Shown piece after piece: positions 25,512 through 38,159 of a DNA stretch of 64,000 nt. The first letter of the stretch is position 1, and the number at the start of each line of letters is the position of its first letter. The stretch comes from Octopus sinensis (taxonomy: Eukaryota). The stretch is from positions 105,090,001 to 105,154,000 of the forward strand of contig NC_042998.1 of the NCBI RefSeq assembly GCF_006345805.1, read 5' to 3'. Made by a program: the position numbers and the translations under genes. A model generated the notes under the pieces. It was not told the origin of the DNA. It was given only the letters and a program-made list of their open reading frames with translations, and did not search any database.

Positions 25512-25861
25512 TGTATATCTATGTGTATGCATCTTTGTGTCCGTGTTTCTCCTCTACCACTGCTTGAAAACTGGTGTTGATGTGTTTATGTCCCCATAAC
25601 GTAGTGGTTTACTGAAAGAGACTAATAGAATAAGTAAAAAGGAAATACTAAGTCTTGCATATTTTTACTGTTCCACTCACATATTGCACTTGTAATGTAC
25701 AAATTAGCCAGTCGATTTCTCTTTCTGAAAATCTCAGTTTATCCAGATTCTCCTTTAAGCATTTAATAACAAAACCTAAGTGCTCCAATAATTATTGGTA
25801 TGAATATGAATTCACAGTCTGGAATTATATGAATACAAATTCATAATCTGGGTACATATGA

Positions 25862-25893
<32 letters not shown>

Positions 25894-25993
25894 GCGTGCT
25901 GAAAAGCTCCTGGCTTTAAGGGTATGTCTGTAAACAGATCCTCCTATATTTTCTTTTATTCCCAGCACTTCTTTGTATGTATGAATGTACATA

Positions 25994-26209
25994 CGAGGGA
26001 GTATTGAAAAGTTTCTGTCTTTAAGGGTATCACAAAAGACATGGTTGGAGGCCCAACTTTCCAAGTTCTTTTACAGGATTTAGAAAAACCAAAGGGCTGC
26101 TGCAATAAGTGTGTGAATCTGAGAGGGGAATATGTTGAATAAAATAATAATTAACAGATACTGTTGTATTTTCTTTTATCCAAAGCAGAAACTTTTCAGT
26201 ACCCCCTTG
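25994..26209. mobile_element. Mariner-like MITE with TA target site
   Basis: ta|cgagggagtattgaaaagtttctg ... cagaaacttttcagtacccccttg|ta; a truncated sister copy lies at ~25890-25980. Confidence 0.8.
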
Positions 26210-26213
26210 TATG

Positions 26214-26247
<34 letters not shown>

Positions 26248-26698
26248 TGTATGTATGTATGTATGTATGTATGTATGTATGTATGTATGTATGTATGTAT
26301 GTGTGTATACATGTATGTATGTATGTTAAAGTAAGCTAACTATCCCCAAAACAAATCTGCAAATGTGACGAAGCTGCAAAGTCTCCTTTGGTATAGTTAC
26401 TATTGTTTGATGCCCTTCCTGACCTAACAGCAGCCACTGGTTACAATTTATTGTGGCACCAGCATTCATGAGGTTTCCTTGTGTCTAGCAAAACAGAAAC
26501 AATCCCACTAACCTGTGTTTTTCTGTCTCTGTCTATCTCCCTTTCTCTTCTTCCCTTCCTTCTTCTTATGTACATCATTAATTTGGTTCTTGCTGCTTTG
26601 TGTTTATACTGAATTAATTCTAGTTTAGCTAGCCCCAGCAGACACTAATAAATGCTTTGCTTGCTGATTTCTATAGAGGGACAAAAGTTCATGTCTAG

Positions 26699-26790
26699 CT
26701 TCAAATATTCACAGCAGTATCTATCAGTGAGGAGATGAAATCATGCCAAAACATCATATCTGATAGTCCATCAAGATCCTTTGGAGCTTT
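26699..26790 (+). CDS. Candidate exon F (LQIFTAVSISEEMKSCQNIISDSPSRSFGA-L)
   Basis: 92 nt open, GTATGT donor, acceptor atgtctag (moderate); phase 0->2. Confidence 0.5.
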
Positions 26791-26929
26791 GTATGTTTGC
26801 ACAAATTCTTTAAGGAGAAATCTTCTCCATGTCAACATTTGCAGCATATATGCATGGCTGCATGCTTGTATGTAAGTATGTAACCATGCATTCATGAATA
26901 TATGTAAGTATGTATGTATGTATGTATGA

Positions 26930-27110
26930 CATAAAACCTGCGGCTCTGTGGTTACCGATGATGTTGACTTGTTCTTCTTTTTGGATTATGGCTGTCTGGG
27001 ATATCATTGAGAACTTCCTGAATCTATGTCTCCAAGTCCTCCAGTGTGTGAGCTTTGTCTCGTGCACCTCCTCTTTTGTGTAACCCCACAGGTAAAAATC
27101 AGTGCACAGC
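26930..27110 (-). mobile_element. Tc1/mariner transposase fragment (same family as 32345-33220)
   Basis: Shares ctgggatatcattgagaacttc...gtgcacctcctcttttgtgtaaccccacaggtaaaaatc with 32554-32660. Confidence 0.75.
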
Positions 27111-27129
27111 CTTTCCTCACTTTAAAAAA

Positions 27130-27218
27130 AAATCTTTTTGCACAGGCATTGCACGATAACAACATTGATTAAGCTTCGCACAATGGCTAAACTCGATAAC
27201 GAGGGGGCAGCCACCATG
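27130..27218 (+). mobile_element. LINE 3' terminus followed by (TATG)n
   Basis: Reverse complement of 60775-60830 (ctcgataacgagggggcagcca). Confidence 0.65.
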
Positions 27219-27256
27219 TATGTATGTATGTATGTATGTATGTTTGTATGCATATG

Positions 27257-27580
27257 AAGGTGCATGGCTTAGTGGTTAGAGCATTCAGCTCACGATCATA
27301 ATGTCATGAGTTCAATTCCCAGCAATACATTGTGTCCTTGAGCAAGACACTTTATTTTATGTTGCTCCAGTTCACTCAGCTGGCAAAAATGAGTAGCACC
27401 TGTATTTCAGAGGGCTAGCTTTGTCACAATCTGCATCATGCTGAATCTCCCTGAGAACTACATTAAGGATACATATGTCTGTAGATTGCTTAGCCACTTG
27501 CATGTTAATTTCATGAGCAGACTGTTCCATTGATTGGATCAACTGGAACCCTCGTTGTCATAAACGACAGAGTGCCAGTA
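27257..27580 (+). mobile_element. tRNA-derived SINE (V/Meta-like central domain)
   Basis: tggcttagtggttagagc A-box, gagttcaattccc B-box, tgtgtccttgagcaagacact domain. Confidence 0.75.
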
Positions 27581-27823
27581 TGTATGTATGTATGTATGTA
27601 TGTATGCATGTATGTATGTATGTATGTATGTATGTATGTATGTATGCGTGTATGTATGTATATATGTATGTATGTATGTATGCATGTATGCATGTATGTA
27701 TGTACGTATGTATGCGTGTATGTATGTATGTATGTATGTATGTATATATATGTATGTATGCATGCGTGTATGTATGTACGTATGTATGTATGTATGTACA
27801 TATGTACAAACATATGTATGTAT
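27578..27823. repeat. (TATG)n microsatellite; similar tracts at 24560-24680, 26205-26325 and 28400-28610
   Basis: Direct inspection; source of the YVCM/HTYI pseudo-ORFs. Confidence 0.95.
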
Positions 27824-28169
27824 GGTCACTCTTAGTGCTACTGGTTGCCTGTAACCAAGTTGTATGTCAGGCCATCAATAACTAAACTAACAATCCTACA
27901 AAACCCGGGCAGAAAGGTTGCTTTTGTTGGGTCGCAGCAGGAGGAAAAGCAAAACCTGTGAAAGAAGTGAACTGAGTGTCAATGGTCATCTAACAGCCAG
28001 GAATGAGAGACCCCTCATCTTTGTTTAGACATCTCTGTATTAGAAAATTTTGAAATAACAACCACCTCTTTGCAAAACCAGAGACTTTGCTCTAGCTTTT
28101 TATAAGTACATTTTATCTAGCCACCTACTTAGTAGCAAGGTTGTGAAGGAAAGTATCTTCTGTTAACCA

Positions 28170-28395
28170 TCATTCTTTAAAACTTCAGAAGGTTTTTCAG
28201 ATTTTTATAGTCCCAGATATCATGATCATTTGTAGCAAATGAATAAAGGACTTGCATGCTCTCCACAAGATACCAAGTTCAGCCATACTTTGCTCCAGAC
28301 TGGTCAGTATGTATCCTGTAGCTCCAATGATAATAGGTATGAACTTGAAAGCGTATCTTGGGTATTAGATTTGCAAACTTCTTATTAATGATCCA
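28170..28395 (-). mobile_element. REL-endonuclease LINE C-terminal fragment (second family)
   Basis: FKFIPIIIGATGYILTSLEQSMAELG...LQMIMISGTIKI*KTFLKF. Confidence 0.65.
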
Positions 28396-29759
28396 TATGT
28401 AAGTATGTCTGTCTGTATGTATGTATGTTGTATGTATGTATGTATGTATGTATGTATGTATGTATGTATGTATTTATGTATGCATGTGTGTATGTATGTA
28501 TGTATGTATGTATGTATGTGTGTATGTATGCATGTGTGTATGTATGTGTGTATGTATGGATGCATGTATATATGCGTGTGTATATATGTATATATATATA
28601 TATATAAATGCATGGATGGATGGATTGATGGATGGAACTAAGTATAGGCTACAATACTTGAGGTGGGGAGCAGAAAATGTTTAATTGATTGGCATCACAT
28701 CACTAATGAAAGAAAAGTCATTAGTGTTAATGACAATTTATTTCAGATGAGGCAAGGGAGAGAATCTCAAAGTTTCAATCAAACCATTTTAATGACAAAA
28801 AGCAGAGGGCACCTTTGGGAAATTTCCCAAAACCACTATTTTAATTTGTCTAATCATTATTTCAATTTGCTAATTTTCCAGTGTCATTATTTTAATTCAC
28901 CTCATTGTTCTTCATACAACAAACTAATTCTATTAGTCACTCTGGGATCTGGTAGCCATTGAGTGGCATATACCTTGTTGAGGATATTCAAAACAACCAA
29001 AGCGTGTCTGGAGTTATCACCATGACAACCAAAAGTTAGACTCATTCTCTTTACCCATGCATATTTCCATTTAAATTAATTTTTGAAAACTGCAACATCA
29101 GTTCTCTCTCATTATCACTGTGAGAATAAATCACTATTTTTCTTATTACAATTACATTGTTCTGCATTTGTATTATTATTATTATTATTAGTCTTAGTGG
29201 AGTGAGCTGGTAGAAATGTTAGCACACTGGGCAAAATGTTTAGCAGTATTTCATCTCCCTTTACATTCAGAGTTCAAATTCCTCCGAGGTCGACTTTGCC
29301 TTTCATCATTTAGAAGTCAATAAATTAAGTACCAGTTGTGTACTGGGGTCGATCTAATCGACTAGTCCCCTCCCCAAAAATTTTGGGCCTTGTGCCTAGA
29401 GTAGAAAAGATTATTATTATTAATCTTTTATCCTTTCTTCAATCATTGAAGAATTTTGGTCAGATAAAGCAACCCCAGTACATTTTAGTTTTTAAGCCTG
29501 GTCCTTATTATATTAGTCTCTTTTGCTGAACCACTAAGTTATAGGGGTGTCAATACACCAACACTGGTTGTCATACAGTGATGGAGGACAAACACAAACA
29601 CATATATACATACACATATATGGGGTGGCTGTGTGGTAACAAACCTGCTTCCCAACATCATGGTTCCAGGTTCAGTACCAGTATATGGTACCATGGGCAA
29701 GTGTCTTCTACTATAGCCTTGGGCCAACCAAAGCTTTGTGAGTGGATCTGGTAGGCAAA

Positions 29760-30260
29760 ATTTGCATAAAAACAGTGAACGACAAGACAAAAACCTGAAG
29801 AAACAACTATACAAGAGCGAAATTCTCATCAGAGACTAAAACCAAATTCTTTGTAAAAGAGTGCGGAGATGGTAGATGTGGGATCTGCAGTAACCCACCT
29901 ACAAATATATAGAGGGAGACAAACAAATAAAATTTAAGAGTGGTCACATATTCAAAGTAAATGCAGACATGAACTGCAAGACGCAGAACGTAATATACTG
30001 CATAACCTGCCCCACATGCAAGGAGAATTATATAGGTGAAACTAGAAATTCTTTATGCCAACGAGCCAGAATTCACTGACAACATGTCCAACAGGAGGAA
30101 CTGTGAAAGATTCCACTGAGTAAGCACCTAGATACATGTGGAGAAGGAAAATTTAAGATCTTTCCCTTCTATAAATGCCAAAAGAATGACACCTCCTTCA
30201 GGAAAAATATGGAAAAATACTCCATAACAAAGTTCTCCCCCAAATTGAATGGCTGAAAAT
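29760..30260 (+). mobile_element. Penelope-like element GIY-YIG endonuclease domain, decayed
   Basis: VKECGDGRCGIC...NADMNCKTQNVIYCITCPTCKENYIGETRNSL.QRARIH...LSKHLDTCG..KFKIFPFY...KFSPKLN. Confidence 0.9.
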
Positions 30261-30318
30261 ATTTCTATAATAATTTGTACTAGATGAAGGACCAATTTTG
30301 TAAAGTAAATTGTATTAA

Positions 30319-30347
<29 letters not shown>

Positions 30348-30349
<2 letters not shown>

Positions 30350-31248
30350 GTGCTACACATATGTGCATATACATAAATAAAAACAATCTTTCATCCAGAT
30401 TCTCCAACCCATATCAGCACAGAATCAAACATTGGATTGAAAGAACTGAACAGCATACAGATGTCAACACAATTATTTCTTCTTCCTCTCTTCCTTCTTT
30501 CTTCCCTTCCCTTTTCTATTGACACTTCTTTCAGATACACAGACACCCACACACACACTCTCGCACAAGACAATGATAAAAAGAAATCCAGACAATTCTT
30601 TGAAAACTAATATTTTACCCCCCTTGAAGTGACCAGCTGGGTTTGCTATTTCTAAAAGCCAAGAATCATTTACTATTGAAAGACTGACCAGCTGCAAAGA
30701 TATCAGCCCATTTTTTTCTTCTTTCTCTCCTCCTTCTTCCTTCCTTCTCTTTTCCATTGACACTTCCTTCAGATACAAAAGCACACACACACCACACACA
30801 CACACACACACACAGTGCTACACATATGTGCATATACATAAATAAAAACAATCTTTCATCCAGATTCTCCAACCCATATCAGCACAGCAATCAAACATTG
30901 GATTGAAAGAACTGAACAGCATACAGATGTCAACACAATTATTTCTTCTTCCTCTCTTCCTTCTTTCTTCCCTTCTCTTTTCTATTGACACTTCTTTCAG
31001 ATACACAGACACCCACACACACACTCTCGCACAAGACAATGATAAAAAGAAATCCAGACAATTCTTTGAAAACTAATATTTTACCCCCCTTGAAGTGACC
31101 AGCTGGGTTTGCTATTTCTAAAAGCCAAGAATCATTTACTATTGAAAGACTGACCAGCTGCAAAGATATCAGCCCATTTTTTTCTTCTTTCTCTCCTCCT
31201 TCTTCCTTTCCTTCTCTTTTCCATTGACACTTCCTTCAGATACAAAAG
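30348..31248. repeat. Two near-identical tandem ~465-bp units downstream of the PLE endonuclease
   Basis: cagtgctacacatatgtg starts at 30348 and 30813; the units differ only by a few small indels. Confidence 0.9.
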
Positions 31249-31384
31249 CACACACACACACACAGACACACACACACTCTCTGTCACTTTCTCCCCATTC
31301 CTCACCCTCCTGTACTACATTATATCTCTCTTCACCCCTACACACTCAATAATACTATAAAAAAAGACAAAATTCCTGAAAAAG

Positions 31385-31430
31385 TTCAATCTGCCGACTC
31401 CACTAGAGTGGACGCAAGTGCTAATATATG
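31385..31430 (+). ncRNA. Degenerate minimal hammerhead motif in the PLE 3' region
   Basis: CTGCCGA-C-TCCAC-TAGA-GTGGA-C-GCAA-GTGCT-A: perfect 5-bp stem II, but three core substitutions, so probably inactive. Confidence 0.35.
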
Positions 31431-31559
31431 ATTTATACAAACGTGTGACATATTAATAAATATCTGTAAATATAAAACCATCCACATTTCTGAGTATCTC
31501 ATTTCTTCTAATATATAATACCTGTACATCATCTCCAAACTTTCTGATATATATATATA

Positions 31560-32325
31560 TATAATTGAGATTCAGTTGAATTAGGTACTTAAGTTGAAGT
31601 ACCGAGTCAGTCTGGTATTATCTGCACAGCTCGAAGTAAGGTGAATAAAATCAAAATAAGCAACAGGATATCATGAAATGATGCAGTACGACCATTTCAA
31701 ACAGCTCCATTTAATTGAACAATGCAATCATTACATCAATTTAAATGCAGTGTCATCAGCAGCAGCACAATTAAATAGATAAATAGTATTTTAACCAGTT
31801 AGATACATTAATATAATTTTTCTGGAATACTTTAACAGCGCAAGAAGATGGAAGAAATTCATGGTGTCACTATTGTAGCTAAGAACAGACTACACTTCCA
31901 TGTATCACATGAAGCCCATTGGGGTCATAGCTTGTTAAGGACTATGGTTCATTTCTAATTCATTTATCTCTTTATCAACCTCTAAATCGAAGACACAGTC
32001 CTCTAGTCTTAGAATTAGTAGCTGATAAAGAGATAAATGAATTAGAAATGAATCACAGTCCTTTACAAGCTATGACCCCTATGGGCTTCACGTGATACAT
32101 GAAAATGTAGTCTATATTTAGCTACAATAGGGACAACATGAATTTCTTCCATCTTCTTGCTCAGTTAAAGTATTTGAGAAAAATTATATTAATGTGTCCA
32201 ACTGGTTAAAATACTATTTATTTATTTGTGCAGATGATGATGGCACTACACTTAAATTTATGTAATGATTGCATTGTTCAGTTAAATGGAGCCACTTGAA
32301 ACAGTCGCACTACATCACTACTATA
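31560..32325. repeat. Long foldback element (~300-bp inverted arms)
   Basis: ~31680-31978 pairs with ~32021-32320; a related internally deleted copy lies at 62370-62610. Confidence 0.9.
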
Positions 32326-32344
32326 TATATGTATGTATGTATGT

Positions 32345-33220
32345 ATACAGGGTAGATGAAAAGTGAGTAAGCATTAAAAATTGGTAATAAAATCCATATA
32401 CCTTTTACAAATTTATTGAAACACATGATATAAGTTCTATACTACATGGTAAAATGAAAGTAGATCTTCATATTTCAATGTAAACACCAGTGGCATCAAC
32501 CAGCTTCCTCAAACAGCCAGGGATGGAATGAACAACCTTCTGAAGGACGTTGTCTGGGATATCATTGAGAACTTCTTGAATCTATGTCTTCAACTCCTCC
32601 AGTCTGTGAGCTTTTGTCTTGTGCACCTCCTCTTTTGTGTAACCCCACAGGTAAAAATCATATGGAGATCTGGACATCTTGGAATTCTGGATTTCTTTGG
32701 TCACAGTCTTCAGGTTTTAGCTCCTGCACGTAATGGGGTTTCCATGGACGAAAATTCAATTCTTTATGCAACACCATATGTATTGTGTGCCTTGTTAAGT
32801 CCACTTTCACAAGCTGCTTAACATGTTCATTTTTGTGGACTGTGATTGAACATTTCCTGCACTGTTGCCACATTCTCTACTGATCAGAATGTGATTGGAT
32901 GGCCACTTCTTGCATTGTTCAGAGAAACTGTGGTCATCAGCTTTCTATGATAACTTTTTATCGTCTCCAGATGTAGTGTTGCATGCTTACCTTTCCATGC
33001 ATGCCATCATCTCTCAACCAAAACAATGGAATTCTATGCTTCATAGTGTACTGCTATCTTAGCTCACTCCTGAACAGTCAAGTGATTAACCATCTGGAAA
33101 ATAAGAAAATAGGAAATCTCCATTAGTGTTGTCTGTTTAAAAATGTTTTCGTCATGACTTCAGTGATACTAAAAATTCTATAAGCAATTTCTAATGCCTA
33201 GTTACTTTCCACCCCACTAT
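32345..33220 (-). mobile_element. Tc1/mariner element, internally deleted, TA flanks
   Basis: ORF 32658..32873 TIHMVLHKELNFRPWKPHYVQELKPEDCDQR; degenerate TIRs cagggtagatgaaaagtgagtaagcatt / aatgcctagttactttccaccccac. Confidence 0.75.
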
Positions 33221-33238
33221 ATATATATACTAATATAT

Positions 33239-33274
<36 letters not shown>

Positions 33275-33276
<2 letters not shown>

Positions 33277-33550
33277 ACTGGAGTAAACACATAAATGTGA
33301 AACAAGGTGGAAAAAAGAGTACTCAAATATCAGTGGTAGAGTAATATGGTTTATTCAAAGCAGCAGAAAATTCAACAAAACCTGTTACTCTAGTTCCTGT
33401 TGCCGTTCATCGGACAGTTTTTGCTAACCTGTTACTCTGAGTTTCTTATTGCCGTTCGTCGGACAGTTTTTGCTAGCAAAAACTGTCGATGAACGGCACA
33501 GGAAACTCAGAGTAACAGTTTTGTTGAATTTTTTGCTGCTTTGAATAAGT
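33275..33550. mobile_element. Penelope-derived inverted repeat carrying three hammerhead-like copies
   Basis: Two tandem minus-strand units (~33390-33478) and one plus-strand unit (~33478-33522) of the form aaaactgt-CCGAYGA-ACGGCAA..-GAAACTCAGAGT-A-ACAG, centred on the palindrome gctagc. Confidence 0.6.
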
Positions 33551-33584
33551 ATATATATATATATATATATATATAATCATCATC

Positions 33585-33975
33585 ATCATCATCGTCTGTT
33601 AACGTCCGTTCTCCATGCTAGCATGGGTTGGACGGTTCGACCGGGGTTCTGGAAGCCAGAAGGCTGCACCAGGCTCCAGCTAATTTGGCAATGTTTTCTA
33701 CAGCTGGATGCCCTTCCTAACGCCAACCACTCCGTGAGTGTAGTGGTGCTTTTTACGTGCCACCTGCACAGGTGCCAGGCGGGGCTGGCAACGGCCACGG
33801 TCAGATTGGTGTATTTTATGCCACCGGCACGGAAGCCAGTCGAGGCTGCTGCTATCATCGGCCACGAGTCGGATAGTGCTTTTTACGTACCACCAGACCA
33901 GGGATCCTGGCTGGTTCAATTCGATTTCGATTTCGCTTGCCCCAACATGTCTTCACAAGCAAAGGGGGTTGACAT
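33585..33975 (-). mobile_element. RTE LINE 3' UTR, young copy
   Basis: catcatcatc tail, conserved terminus and array units. Confidence 0.8.
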
Positions 33976-34021
33976 GTTGCTTGTGAAATATATATAATAT
34001 ATGTATGCATGTATGTATATG

Positions 34022-34062
<41 letters not shown>

Positions 34063-34084
34063 CCATGTTGAAGCATTAATCCCT

Positions 34085-34275
34085 ACACATTTTATCTCTC
34101 TTCATGCTTCTTTATTCTTTCTCCTCGTTTTACTTCTTAATCCTTTCTGTTGAAGAGTATAAGCTCAAAACATAAAACACTTTTCCATTCTTCCTGAGCA
34201 TTAAACTAATACACCTGCTTGTTCTTCCTACACCTGTCTTTGTCTTTTGCTTTCTGTAAATTTGAACTACATATA
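34085..34275 (+). mobile_element. PLE terminal fragment with degenerate hammerhead (family of 4530-4572)
   Basis: cctttCTGTTGAAGAGTATAAGCTCAAAACATAAAA; sister copies at 35495-35650 (CTGTAGAAGAGCTTAGGCTCAAAACGTAAAA) and 2880-2935 (minus, tail only). Confidence 0.55.
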
Positions 34276-35077
34276 TATTGTTGTAGTTCAGGATGGTAAT
34301 TTATTTATCTATTTATTTTTGCCGAATAAACACACACACTATATATTTTTTCTTAACTCATTTATTACTATTCTTATTTTATTATTTTAACTCATGTCCA
34401 TCGCCTGGAAATCTTTCATCATACATCTGTGACCTCTTCGGTGACACTTTTCCTTTTTGTGTGTGTAATGTGTGTAGTCTCTGTAATCTGTCTAAGTGTT
34501 GTGTCAGTTCTATGACACGACACCCAGACAGATTACATAACAGTAGACAGACCGAACCTCAATAGAAAACACGAATGGAACAGTAACACCCACTACCATA
34601 CCACACTACACCACTTGACTAAAGACAGTAGGGATGTGAAGAGAGAGGGAAAAGGGAAAAAACGTAAATAATACACAGAAACATACAGAATAACACACAC
34701 ACAATAGACATATATACACTCACCTGTGATAAATGTAAGACAGAGATAGATAAAATAAATAAATAGAATTATATAAAGGGCATGTATACATACGAAATGA
34801 ACCCATGCCCACACACAAACATACACACATGAAACTTCATGGACGGCCATAACAATGTTAACAACACAACTAACTAGCAGCCAACAATGGAAATAACAAC
34901 AACTACCACGTTGCCAACACCGTGGGCAAACACACATACTTAGAGGAATACAGGAACTGAACAATATGTTTTATTCTGGGCTTTGGGCAGCACAATGGGT
35001 GAGAGGATGGGGCTGAGGGGAAGGCCACACTGCTGTTAAAAACTATCAAACACCCACAAGCATACACACACATGCAT

Positions 35078-35145
<68 letters not shown>

Positions 35146-35214
35146 CACACACACAAGGACATAAACACATGCGCACATAAGGTTATACATCTTAGAAGAA
35201 AAATAAAATGTTCT

Positions 35215-35345
35215 GTTGTGTCTGGCGAGAGTCATTCTCTCTTAGTGCCTTACAATTTAACACACTCGCTGGTAAAATTTTACTGGTTTGTGTGTTAAAT
35301 TATAAGGCACTAAAAGAGAATGACTCTCCCCAGACACAATAGAAT
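35215..35345. repeat. Inverted repeat with ~50-bp arms
   Basis: ttgtgtctggcgagagtcattctctcttagtgccttacaatttaacacac pairs with gtgtgttaaattataaggcactaaaagagaatgactctccccagacacaa. Confidence 0.85.
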
Positions 35346-35394
35346 ATGCTTCAACACACAATTTCACATGAGGAATCTTGCAAAACGAATTGAT

Positions 35395-35498
<104 letters not shown>

Positions 35499-35645
35499 AC
35501 TCTCCTTGTTTTTTCTGTGTACCTTTCTGTAGAAGAGCTTAGGCTCAAAACGTAAAATACTTTTTCTATTCCTGAGCGTTATACTAATATATCTGTTTGT
35601 TTTGTACACAACCTGTCTTCGTCTTTTGTTTTTTCGTAAACTTTG

Positions 35646-35695
<50 letters not shown>

Positions 35696-36803
35696 CATAC
35701 AAAATAAGAAAATGGAGATATACATCCAAATCAAATATCAATTACCAGATAATACCCAATCACATACTTTATTAAACCACCACATAAGAAACTTCAAGGT
35801 CAAACATAATAATGTAGAACAAAACAGTGTACATAAAGGAGTGTACATAAAGGAGTAGTGTGATACAATAAGTTCAATATGTATAAGAGAATATAAATAT
35901 AAGTAAATATAAATATAAATATAGACTATATCTTACAGTTGTTTCGGCCATGCAGATAAGTACGTCTCATTTTACTTATATTAGCCATTTATGGTAGGTC
36001 AATATGTAGTTATAAATGAGACATTTACAAAAATATCCTAAGGCCTCTTCGGAGATTATGTGATACAAATCAGATTACATACACACTTATATAGGTGTGG
36101 GTACATACCCATAATAAAACATATACATATGAGTGCATATACTCATACTCCTATACATATAAATATACATATACATAATAATATAAATAATATAAATCAA
36201 TAAACATACATATGTTCCACATTCAATGTTACAGTTTTCCAACTTAATATTGTGATAATTACAATGTAGAAAAACATACACATATTAATACCTAAATGCA
36301 GATATACAGAGTCAAGAGTACATTATATTAATTCTTATTAATTTCCAAAATGTCATTAATGTTAGCATCATTATCATTGTCATTACCACTAATGCTACCA
36401 ATATCATCATTCATATTATTATCAATAACGCCAATACTAGAATAACAATATATAGATTCCATTATTAGCAATATAGTCACAATATTACTACAATACCATG
36501 CAAAGCGTTAAATATCTGCATATACATATGAAATATGAAATAAAAGCATTCTGTTTACACGACATTAAGATCCACAGTTGCACAGATGTACGTCCGAGTT
36601 CAAATTTATAATTTCCATTATATATATATATATATATAAGAGACAGGAAACCCAACATAAAGTCAGATAAGAGGAAAAAATCTATCAGAAAGGAACTCTA
36701 ATCTTTTGATAAGCATAACAAATGCGCAACCGGTAAAAAGAAATTTCACCTAATTAAATTACTTAAATTACTTAAATTATTTTGTCAGCATTTTCTTCAT
36801 TTC

Positions 36804-36846
<43 letters not shown>

Positions 36847-36847
36847 G

Positions 36848-36898
<51 letters not shown>

Positions 36899-36911
36899 TA
36901 AATATAGATAT

Positions 36912-37305
36912 AGATAAAACTTACTTGGAAAGGATGCGTGGCGTTCGATCATATAATAATATAAATAATATGTAAATATATGCATATATACATACATATA
37001 TATACATACCTACTTATACATGTATATATACATGCATATATGGGTACAGGATATCAAAATCACATGAACAGAATGAGAAACGAGAACATAAAAAACGAAA
37101 ACCTAATAAACGAACTTTTTTCAAACAATGAAAAAACAGATAAACGAGGCCACATATCCTTTTCCAAGTAAGTTTTATCCTAATAATTACAATGCACACT
37201 CTTATTCTATCTCTTTTCTGTCTATCTATCTCCTTCTCTTGTTCTTCCTTTCTGTTTTTCTGTCCCACCCTTACCCTATTCTTCTCCTTTCCCCTTCACC
37301 ATTCG

Positions 37306-37337
<32 letters not shown>

Positions 37338-37880
37338 ACTCTTCCTCCTCCTTGACTCTCTCGTTGCTCATCCGTGACTAATGGCCATTCTCTCTGCCTT
37401 CCACTTCCTTCTTAAAGACAAGACATGCTTTTATTTGTCTCTTCTCAAAGCTCGTTTTTCCAGCATTCACCACCTCACATCGTCTTGGCTTAACAGCCCT
37501 CACCGTTTGTTTTTACTGTTTTGTTCTCACTGTCCTGTTTTTGTTACCACTTTCACTCTCCACTTAAAATCCCAAATTTTATTTGATTTGCTTTGCGGGA
37601 AGGACTGTTTTAACGAAGTTGCGTCTTGTCCTTACCTTCAAAACTCAGAGCAGATAAAACAAGGGACAACTGATAAAGGGAATGTTCTTTATGTTGCATG
37701 TCTCATTTCTCTGTTTGTTTTTTCCATTGATCGAAAAATGTTCATGTTCTATGTTTTTGGTTTTTATGTTCTCATTTCTCATTCTCTCCACGTTTTTTTT
37801 TTTGAGGTCCTGTACCCATATATGCATGTATATATACATGTATAAGTAGGTATGTACATATATGTATGTATATATTTATA
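36912..37880. repeat. Nested inverted duplication
   Basis: ~36975-37150 is the reverse complement of ~37700-37880; 36913-36940 also pairs with 37150-37178. Confidence 0.8.
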
Positions 37881-37900
37881 TATTATCTATCTATCTATCT

Positions 37901-37955
<55 letters not shown>

Positions 37956-38147
37956 CTGGCTTCTTTCAGTTTCTATCTTCTATATCCTCTCACAAAGCTT
38001 TGGTCAGGTCTAGAAGACACTTGCCCAATGTGCCACATAGTGGAGTGGGACTGAACCTGGAACGATGTGGTTGGGAAGCACACATCTTATCATACAGGCA
38101 TTTTTGCACTTAAATTAGGATTGTATCTTTCTACATTTTTTTCTGAG

Positions 38148-38159
38148 GGATGAGATTCG
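38148..38159 (+). CDS. Candidate symmetric 12-nt microexon G (L-DEI-R)
   Basis: ctttctacatttttttctgag acceptor, cg|GTAAGT donor; phase 2->2. An alternative acceptor at 38118 gives a 41-nt exon in the same frame. Confidence 0.4.

Noticed and set aside
27511-27885. Overlapping ~100-aa ORFs on both strands
   Set aside because: Translations of (TATG)n; the same applies to the YI, CV and NNN-rich ORFs elsewhere.
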